Source: Lytechinus pictus (lineage: Eukaryota). Taken from it: a stretch of 64,000 nucleotides of DNA. Within the stretch, counting starts at the first letter, position 1, and each line of letters opens with the position of its first letter. The notes beneath the pieces are model-generated. The model made no database searches and was not told the origin of the DNA. It saw only the letters and a program-made list of their open reading frames with translations. Both the position numbers and the translations under genes were made by a program. Shown one piece after another: positions 54,381 through 64,000 of this stretch. The stretch lies in contig NC_087246.1 of the NCBI RefSeq assembly GCF_037042905.1, forward strand, positions 434,001-498,000. Direction: 5' to 3'.

Positions 54381-54570
54381 GTGTGTGTGTGTGTGTGTTA
54401 GAGAGAGAGAGAGAGAGAGAGAAACAGAAAGAGAGAGTGAGGGGAAATTTGGAGAGTGAGGGGAAATTTGTAGAGACAGAGGAGAGGGAGAAGGGAAAGA
54501 GAGAGTAAGAGAAGAAAATGAAATGAAATAAAAAGAGCTCAAGAGGGGGAGAGAGATGGGGGAGATGAAT
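54381..54570. repeat. (GT)n-(GA)n compound microsatellite and purine tract
   Basis: Directly visible. Confidence 0.85.
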
Positions 54571-54596
54571 TTATTTTTCTTGGTCGTGGAATTTAT

Positions 54597-55205
54597 CTGA
54601 AGGATAAGTCCACCCCAAAAAAAAGTTGGTTTGAATATAAGGAGGAAAATCAAACAAGCATAACATTAAAAATTTCATCAAAATCGGATGTAAAATAAGA
54701 AAGTTATGACATTTTAAATTTCGCTTAATTTCGCAAAACAGGTATATGCACATCCTGATCGGTATGCAAATGAGCAGACTGATGACGTCACCCACTCACT
54801 ATGACTTTTGTATTTTATTATATGATATATGAAAAGTTATAAGTTTCTCCTCATTGTCATGTGAAACGAATTTCATTTCCCACTAAACATGTAGAATGAG
54901 CATCATTTTAACAGTTTATGATAAAGTCAAGTTGATCCTTGTTGTCAAATCTGTAAAAATTGAAATATTGTATAATTCAAACAATAAAAACAAAATAAAT
55001 AGTGAGTGAGGGACATCATCGACTTTCTCATTTGCATATCACTGAGTTGTGCATATAAATATTTTGTGATAAATAAGCGAAACTCAAAAAATTCATAACT
55101 TTCTTATATTTACATCAAATTTTGATGAAATTTTCAGGGTTATGCCTGTTTGATCTTTCTCTATCATTCCAGTCAATAATTTTCTGGGGTGGACTTGACC
55201 TTTAA
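54597..55205. mobile_element. TTAA-type MITE family 1 copy
   Basis: aggataagtccacccca / tggggtggacttgacctttaa; homologous to 8292-8837. Confidence 0.92.
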
Positions 55206-56176
55206 TGTTATTTGTATTTTTGGGTAAAGCAAGTACCACAAGCCCCTTCCCCTCTCCCTCTTTACTATGTAACAGACAGAGAAAAAGAATCAGCGAGCGA
55301 GAGAGAGCGACAGTATGCCATTTATTTGTGTCTGTATGTGATGTCTCGTTTCATCATGTTAAAAGGTAAAATTTAGTATGCGATTGATAATGATTATTGT
55401 TTTTTTCAAATAGACCTTTTGTACTTGTTGGACAAAAAAAAGATGACCATGATTATCTTCCTAAAATAGGTAGAAACCATACGAAATATATTTCTTGGGT
55501 TATTTGTAGGTTTTTATACCAAATATTCACCTTTCAGTTAATAGAAAGGAACACGACGAAGAAAGCTTGTGGCTTAGATACGCGTAGATATGTTGATAAA
55601 AAAGGTCAATGCAAACTTTTAAGAAAGAAAAATCGATCACATTATTTCTTCAAACACAGAAGAAAAAAAAATATTTTCTGCAAGACTTCAAATACCATAT
55701 TTTTGGGGTGTGTTTTGTGTGTCTTTATTAACAATTGGACAAAGAAATTTCCTTGTGTGATGAATAAGCAAAATAGGGACGAAACGATAAAAGAATCAGA
55801 AATAGAAAAAAAATCTCATCAATTATTGATATCTTTGTCTCATGGACAAGAGCGTTTTGAAGAGCACTCCCGGAAAATGTAAAGCCCGAATCTTGCATCA
55901 AAAGCCTGCCAAAATGACTTTCTGGCTACATAAGAGTGGTGGAAACTATAGATTCTGGAGAAAACTGGGAGAAAAATATTGAAAAAAAGAAGAAGAGAGA
56001 TTTCCATTCGTGCATTGAGAGGTTTGAAAAGGAGAAAACAGTTCTCGAGTGAGTAGCTGGAGGCAGTGGATTAAAAACTATCATTTTACAGACTTATCGA
56101 GACTGATTCTATAGGTAAAGCCATGTCACGCCATTGTATCATTCGAAAGGTTCTCCATACACACTGACATCCCATC

Positions 56177-56666
56177 GACATCGAAACATGAGACCAAATA
56201 GAGGCATAGCAAGGGATGTGTGGGGAGGGGTAAATGACATCGAAACAAGAGACTAAAAAGAAGCATGGCAAGGGGTGTAAGGGGGAGGGGTAAAAGACAT
56301 CGAAACACGAGACTAAAAAGAAGCATAGCAAGGGATGTAAGGGGGAGGGGTAAAAGACATCGAACACGAGACTAAAAAGAAGCATAGCAAGGGATGTAAG
56401 GGGGAGGGGTAAAAGACATCGAAACACGAGACTAAAAAGAAGCATAGCAAGGGATGTAAGGGGGAGGGGTAAAAGACATCGAAACACGAGACTAAGAATA
56501 AGCATAGCAAGGGATGTAAGGGGGAGGGGTAAAAGACATCGAAACACGAGACTAAAAAGAAGCATAGCAAGGGATGTAAGGGGGAGGGGTAAAAGACATC
56601 GAAACACGAGACTAAAAAGAAGCATAGCAAGGGATGTAAGGGGGAGGAGTAAATGAAATCGAAACA
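56177..56666 (+). repeat. 60-bp minisatellite, ~8 units (gacatcgaaacacgagactaaaaagaagcatagcaagggatgtaagggggaggggtaaaa)
   Basis: Directly visible; near-identical central units, one with a 1-bp deletion. Confidence 0.97.
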
Positions 56667-56699
56667 AAAGAACAGGAAAGTCATAATAAGGGAAATTAG

Positions 56700-56966
56700 C
56701 AGTGGCGTACCGATTGAGGCGCTTAGAGGTGCTTGGGGGCGCTTGCCCCCTCCCCAAATGTTTTACGACCAAGAAAAAAAAAGAAGAAAATGAAAGAGAG
56801 AAGGGTGAAATAATGTGGAATTTTTTTTATGTTATGTCAAATCTATCACAAAATTTGATATTTGTATTACAAATTTCGAGCTTTTTGCTCGCTCGCAGCT
56901 TTTTAATAAATTTTGCCCCATACGCCATATCTAGCACGTTCGAAAATTTAGTTCATTATGCGACTG
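56700..56966. mobile_element. hAT-like MITE of the cagtggcgta family
   Basis: cagtggcgta / tatgcgactg ends; TSD gaaattag / gatattag (7/8). Confidence 0.75.
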
Positions 56967-57095
56967 GATATTAGAGAGAATGGGAGTGGTTAAAGAATTT
57001 ACCATTCTGAAATAATTTTCTGTTACTTTGTTATATAATTCTTTATCTTATTTCAAACAAAATTCAAAATCACAGCAGGTAGATCTTTGTAGACA

Positions 57096-57110
57096 ATATA
57101 TTTATATTTA

Positions 57111-57177
<67 letters not shown>
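57096..57177. repeat. (TA)n microsatellite
   Basis: Directly visible. Confidence 0.97.
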
Positions 57178-57180
<3 letters not shown>

Positions 57181-60100
57181 AGAAAACTGGCTCGATAATT
57201 CGTTACACAAAACTCTTTGTCTTTCACACTTTCAGCGAAAAATGAACAAATAAAACTGTTACGATTTTGACAATGCACATAAGTTATGATAATAACGGTT
57301 ATTATCAGCGATATAAGTTCAGAAATTCAGAATATAAAATTTGATACTATATGTGTCGTTTAATATATGACTATGTCAGTGTATGTATTATATATTAATA
57401 TCACCTGTTAATCTACAACATAATAATGCATGCCAAACGAGAATATTGAATACAGTACGAAACCGTTTATGTAATAGATGTTTTGGATAACCACGAATCA
57501 TCCTTTAAATTCTCACTGTTCATGATTTAAGCTTGAAAGAAGCAGATAAACTGTGGGAAAATTTCAAAATTTTCTACGCAAAGGATTACTTATGATAAGC
57601 CGATTTGAGAAAAGATCGCTTATTTCGCCGACAGCGTTATATCAAGATAGATATGAAAAGCGCTTGTAATCACACATTTACTGACAACTCAAGACAATAT
57701 TCAAATTTGCAATAGATACTTCACTGGAAGGTCACTTGATATTTAACAAAACAATGCTTAGAATGCAGTAGTACAAAATTACTTATTCTCGTCATTATCT
57801 TTCTGTATGATTTATCTATGTTTTACCACAATGCCCTTCTTTACTAAAATCTACTTATTTTGTATGGATTTTTTTCCGTCTGATATTGAACCGAAAAAAA
57901 AATCAAAGTCGACTTGTTTTGAAATACGTACATCTTTTTAATTCCTTTACCTATAAAAAGTAAACGATTCTTCTTTACAGGAAGTAACCAAAAAATGGAA
58001 AATGCTGTTCAGGTTTAAAAATGAATAAAGAATATAGATACATTAAGATTGTATAGTCATTGAATTCAAAATATAAACAATCATTTTAATATTGAAAGAT
58101 ATCCACTGCATTGAACATGGTTAATAAACGGAAGAACAACAATGCTGAATATAATGAAAATGAGAAATAAAAAAAAACCCACACAATTAATAGTATGTGA
58201 ATTGTATAAACTACAAAAGTATGACTTATATCCACATTATTTTAATCGTGGTTTAGTAAACAAAATTACTTACTTTCAAAAATTATAATGCTGACTACAT
58301 TATTATTCCAAAATAATGCCCCAGTGTTACAATACAAAAATACAAAAGGCTATAATATTCTGTCCTTTTGACACCGTTTAAGGGATCGTAATTTCCCTCC
58401 GCTAATCCGTCCTCTCAGTTTTGCTTATTTTGGCACTCCTATGCTGAGAGTGAACACCAACATGAGATGACTAGAGGGTGGCAAAATCAAGACCAAGTGT
58501 CCCCCTTCTTCCATCATCTTTTTCATTTATCTTAAAGGTTGTCATGGCAACGATAGCACCGATCCACCTGAGACTATCGTGTCGTCTGCACACAACCTAC
58601 ATCTGTTGACTGAAAAAAGAAGATACTAGATCCTCACCAAATTTATCCCGGCTACGGTTGCCCTTTTATCTTCCATTAAAAGAGGGAGAGAGAGGGAGAT
58701 AGATAGATGGAGGGAGAGGAAGAGAAGGGGGTGTCCATTCATGATGGTGGTTAAGACACAGATGCCATGTTGCGAAACAAGTCTCTTCTAATAAGCTCTT
58801 GCTTTGAAGCTACGCTTTTGGATTTTGCGTACATGGTCTCCTCAAGGCATGAACGCATTCATTTTTTTAAGCCGACTTACTAATGGTCGCTAATTACCAC
58901 CATTACGAGCACACAGCCAGTGCGCCCCTATACAAATTCCCCCGAGCTGTTATATAGAAGTGATAAAATCTTGACATTTATTCGTTCCAGAAAATAATAG
59001 AAGAGCGAGAAAGAGAGAAACAGTGTTGTCATTTTCTTAGTGTCCTTTTTAACAAGAAGGAATATATAAACTGATTATTAAGTTTAAAAGAAAAGGCGGA
59101 TGGGTAGATAGATAGATAGATAAAAGAAAATTAAATTAAGAATACAGCTTTTTCAATGATAAATGATAATCATCATTTTGGATCACACTAAAAAACTCGT
59201 TCAGGATATATCCCTTGATGTTGCATTAAAATTAATGATGTACATTTTCCTCTTAAACTCTGAGAAATAAGGTTACAGGATTTGATATAATTTTTGTTTC
59301 TTGAACCCCCCCCCCCCCCAAAAAAAAAAAAAAATGTGTATTGATGCATTTTTTTAGGATGATACATTTTCGGACTATAATCTACTTATAGATATAAAGA
59401 ACATTACCAACATTGTCAAAGAATATCCTATACTGACGTTATAAAAAAATATAACTTAAAATAATCTCTCACCATAACTCATCCCCCCCCCTCCCTCTTT
59501 GTCTGTCTCTCTCTCTCATTATATCTTCCTTCATCCCGGTCTCTCACAATCAATCTATTTCTTTCTCTGTATTTTCTTTCTTTCCATATTTTCTTTATTT
59601 CTCGCTTCCCCCGTCTCTCTCTCTCTCTCTCCCTACTATTTCCATCCCTGTTTAATCATGTTGGACATTGGAAAGACCAAAAATCAAGATTCTAATTTCT
59701 TATGATTTGAATCAAAATAATTAGTCAGTTTGTGGTTTAACCACAATTACCACATTATAAAATCATCATGGAATAAATTATGATACGAGGACATGTCGTT
59801 GAGTTCCCTTGCAATGTTTTTAACAAGATATTTATAATTTCATTAGTATTACGTACAAATGAAAATCAGTATATTCTTTACCTCTCGGGTAGTAAACAAT
59901 AAATCATATTCTGTCTAAACCAATAATATATATGATAGCCTATAATAGACTGATTTAACTCCCGCATGGAGTAAAAAGCACCAATACAAAACCGTGCAGG
60001 AGACAATCATGATATACCGTTCACCAACATAACCACGGCAGCGATGAGGTGACAAACACACCTCTTAAGTCCTTTTTAAATCCTTGTTGGTATAATGCCT

Positions 60101-60444
60101 CGATATTCAACAAAGCAGCTCATTTGGGTCCTAACACTATGAGGGATTTCATCCATCTGTCGTTATTCTTTTTTATATTCATGTTTTAACAAGTTCACAC
60201 CCAAAACAGAACGTAAACTATATTACGTAATATCATGTGATAAAGCTGGCACTAACTAATTAACAGGCCAACTTGTATGTAGGTGGTCTAAACACGTCAT
60301 AAAACACATATTCATTTATTTTCACATCTCTTCAAAAATTGGAAGCAAAGAAAACGGATCTCCAAAATAAAGTTTGTCAGATTTTAAATACTGTAAAAAA
60401 GAAAATCGACCTTTGAATTTTGTTTCATGAATGATATATATCCC

Positions 60445-60670
60445 CATGGACCTTGGAAGAGGGGGAGGTGCCTATGTTATACATCATTTAAGAATTAGGT
60501 TGCTATGGTAAACTGCAGAGAACTGACCCTAATCTCCTTCATTTTGAACCCCCCCCCCCTCCTTTTTACTTTTTTGTTGTGTTTTTGCTTGTCAATTTTT
60601 TTGAGGCGGCGCCAAAACCACCTTTATTTATGAGTGAAACCTTTAAAAAAAAATGGTTCCAAGGCCCCTG
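60445..60670. mobile_element. Older hAT-like MITE
   Basis: catggaccttggaa / ttccaaggcccctg ends, with atatccc on both flanks. Confidence 0.6.
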
Positions 60671-63600
60671 ATATCCCTCTTTTTATCTACCACCCCCTCC
60701 ACTTCCCCTCTCTGCCGCGGCCCCCCTCTCTCTATCCATTTTCTTGCTTGAAGAAATTGAATAATAAACTTGATGTGACGAAATGAATATAATGAACGAA
60801 AAAAATGCTGGGTGTTATTATATCAAGAGTGATAATGGCAAAACATAATCGTTCACGTTGCCCAGGTAATCTGTATCTCGATAATGAAAAACGCTAATTT
60901 ATTCACCTAGTTCATAATTACTATATCCTAAAGTAATCAAGAATTTGCTTAAACTGAAATACGTGTAGAAATAGGTTAACATCTAAGGTAGATGACATTT
61001 CATCTAACAAATCATAATCTGATCATGTACATAAATAATAAATGCCTAATATAAAGCATTTGAACCTTCAATCTCTGGAAGAAGGAATGAAATTAAGGTC
61101 ATTTAGTTTAAATGATAAATTGTGCAGTTATATAGGCCTACACAGTCATAATTCATCGATTTAAATGTTTGAACGTCAGCAATGAAATGTGCAAAATGAA
61201 ATCTTCAAGAAAAGGCCATTCATATTTTGCTCCAATATTTAGGGAAAGGTGTGGACCGGTTTCACTATTTTTAATTCACTAGAATCGAAATATGAATATA
61301 ATATAATCCTTCGCCAATTCAGATTATCTTTCACATGACTTGGTGGCAAACAAGACCATTTCGTTCGTCAAAACAATCTAATTTCCATGTGACATAAAGG
61401 TAAGGCGTATACTAGACGGTTAGGATAACCTTGCAACCATTACATGCCTTGATGTAAATGAGATAAGTTACACGATATGATTGTCTCGAAGCCACCACAC
61501 CGCCAGTCATCTCTTACCCTGATCATTCCCGCATCATAGTGTCAGCTTGCACCCCAAGCGAAGCAGTCGGGATTGGAAGTGGGACCCGATTAGCACGTAA
61601 ATTGGGTACAATCGGCAGAGACTTAACGTTCAAACTATATCCTTTATCTTTCTTAGTGCGAGTTTCGGCTCGCCTCAACTCAGATAAATTCCATATTTGC
61701 ATCACGGGGGCTTAGCATTCGTCTAACCCTTTCATCATATTTCTTACCATTTTCCTCCTCTCTCTATCCATCTCTACCCCTCCATCTCTCTCTCTCTCTC
61801 CCATGCATGCTAATACTGCCTAAGGACCCTCTTCTCCTCCTGGTTTCAACATTTCTCCTACTTTAAGAGTCATGATGTTGATACCAGTATCTTAAGTGAG
61901 TACGTGCATCACCTTGGAAACGAGTCAAAGGGATGGACGATGAGAATGTCCCAATATAAGCACAGAATAACCAAGAAAATAGAAAAGTAGTATGATAAAT
62001 GAAAAGATGAAGATCGTAAATGTAGGTGAATTTTTTTCCACGTCGGGTTCATGAGATTAATAACCAGTGCATGGTGTTTCACAAAGAGCTAATCATTGTT
62101 GAGTTTACAAATGTTACTTAAAAGAGTGAGAAAAATTGAGTAGGAAAATGGGTGAAGAGATTTGAAAAGGGGGAGGAAGAGGTGAGGATAGAGAAGATAG
62201 GGAAGACAAACGAAAATAAGAAAGAATTAATTGATTTGTGGGGTGTGATGAGAAATAGCAATAAGAAGCTTTTTGTGTTTTCATTTATTTTTTGTTTGCA
62301 TCATCTTTCTATTGTTTACCCGTGAGGTTTCCTTTATTTCATTTAATCATGCAAAAGATATTCATGCTTTTTAACACAAGGATTGGTGTGGGTGAATTTA
62401 TTCCAAAGGTGTGGCACAAAAAGAATGAAACACAATAAATATACATATCATGAGAGTGGAGTTAGTGACCAAGCTATTTGATAGAACGAAGGAGGGATGG
62501 GCCGATAGGAAAATGGAAGTAAACAGATGTGGGATAGAGTAGATATATATATATATATAGTGAGAGAGAGGGGGAGAAAGAAAGAAGATAAGACAGACAG
62601 AAAGATAGCAAAAAGAAAGAGAGAGATAGATACAGTAGGTAGACTATGAGGATAGACTATCAGTAGGTGTGAATAATGTATGAGATGATACGAAGTCAGC
62701 AGAACCAACGGCAGTAAACGTGTACGTATCATGCGCCTCTAACCCACTAGGGAGATAAGAGTAGGTGTCTTACTACTGCTACTCCAATCCCCTCTATCCG
62801 CTGTGCGTGCCTACCAACCCCTTTGATGCTCCGCTACTTTCCACGCCATGGATTCAGGGAGCGCCAACTGGCAGATGTGTTGCTAAATTACCTGGAGGGT
62901 GACAAACCTGAAACGTGCCACACGCAACTTGCCTGGCCCACTATTAAGTCTCTCATATTTTACCTTTCTGAATTCCATCCTTTCTCTCTATCTTCTATTT
63001 ATCATCCTCTTTCAAAGAAGTTTTCATATTTTGCACTCTTATCTCCTGTAACTCTATCATTTTTTCTACATTCCCAAAGAAACCGGTTTCTTTATTAGTC
63101 ATTTTGTAAACACTCAATTTCAGGCATCCACTACTTCCTATAGCTTCATCACTTCCTTTCCTAAATCACTGAGATTTCCTTTTAAACACCTCATTCAACT
63201 TGATATTAATCTCTTTCTTGGTTTATAAGAAAAATCAAAGACTTGCCACAAATCTTCTGTTAAAGTGTTGAGAAAATATCGAAACTCTAAATCAACTGTT
63301 CTATCCTCTTATTTTTGTATTAGTCTAATATTTGATACATTCCAATACATTCTTAGAAACTAAAATTGGGGGAAAAATATTCATTTAGTCTTTCCTATTT
63401 TCTCTTTTCCCATTTTTACTCAAAATGCACTCTATCAAGCACCAATCTTCTTTACACTTACAAGCTCATTTATATTACTCCTTGGGTGACAATTTAATTT
63501 ATTTGATATTCTAAAAAGAAATGACACAAAAACGACATGTTAATTCGTCGTAGCCATTGCCTGATATATTATTAATGATATCACATGCATATTTAAGTGT

Positions 63601-63812
63601 TGTAATATCAAACATTAATTATTCATGTCACACCAAAATACCACAAAGCTCACATATTTTAGGGGAGAAAACAGACATTTCTATTTCTGATACATAATAA
63701 TGACTGTCATGTTGCCATATTATTACATTTTATAATTTGAATAAAAAATCACTTCCACAAAACAAAATAAAACTCCTGTAGATGTACTCCCTTAGCAATT
63801 GTTTAATTAACA

Positions 63813-63903
63813 CAAAGACCACACTCTTATGAAGTGCCAGTTGAAAACTCAAATCCAAAGACCACTTTTATGGAGTGCCAGTTGAAAACTTAATCACAAA
63901 GAC
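63813..63903 (+). repeat. Local tandem duplication, ~42-bp unit x2
   Basis: caaagaccac..ttatg(a/g)agtgccagttgaaaact occurs twice, followed by a third caaagac. Confidence 0.85.
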
Positions 63904-64000
63904 AAAATGATTATATAACAAATTTCCACATGAATATCAAAGAATGAAGATGAACCAAGTATTTCATAGAACTATGAACTAAAAGCTAGAATATCATCCA

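Noticed and set aside
56086..56772. 228-aa ORF, the longest in the window
   Set aside because: It is a translation of the 60-bp VNTR that starts inside a MITE, and a 1-bp unit deletion shifts the frame.
61811..61832. miR-200-like start taatactgcct
   Set aside because: Only 11 nt match and there is no complementary 5' arm.

Overview
AT-rich, repeat-laden, essentially non-coding animal DNA. The repeat types (CORE-like tRNA SINEs, TTAA-flanked and 8-bp-TSD MITEs, CR1/L2-type LINE 3' ends, GA/GAT microsatellites) suggest a marine invertebrate deuterostome, plausibly a sea urchin; this is an inference. I find no credible intact protein-coding gene: the supplied ORFs are short and mostly microsatellite, tandem-repeat or TE artefacts. 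The window looks like a gene desert or very large intron with GC-richer, enhancer-like islands and one possible minus-strand exon. The most notable element is a ~180-bp minus-strand SINE-like sequence (42979-43160). Its head resembles the 7SL/SRP RNA Alu domain and is joined to a pol III B box, a Deu/Nin-domain-like core and a decayed (CA)n tail, so it is a candidate 7SL-derived SINE in an invertebrate. Other highlights are a SINE family with swapped 3' tails, a twin-priming-type inverted LINE insertion with a 15-bp flanking repeat, a multi-layer TE nest, and MITEs with periodic GCGAAGC mini-hairpin motifs. All family assignments come from motifs recalled by eye, not database searches.
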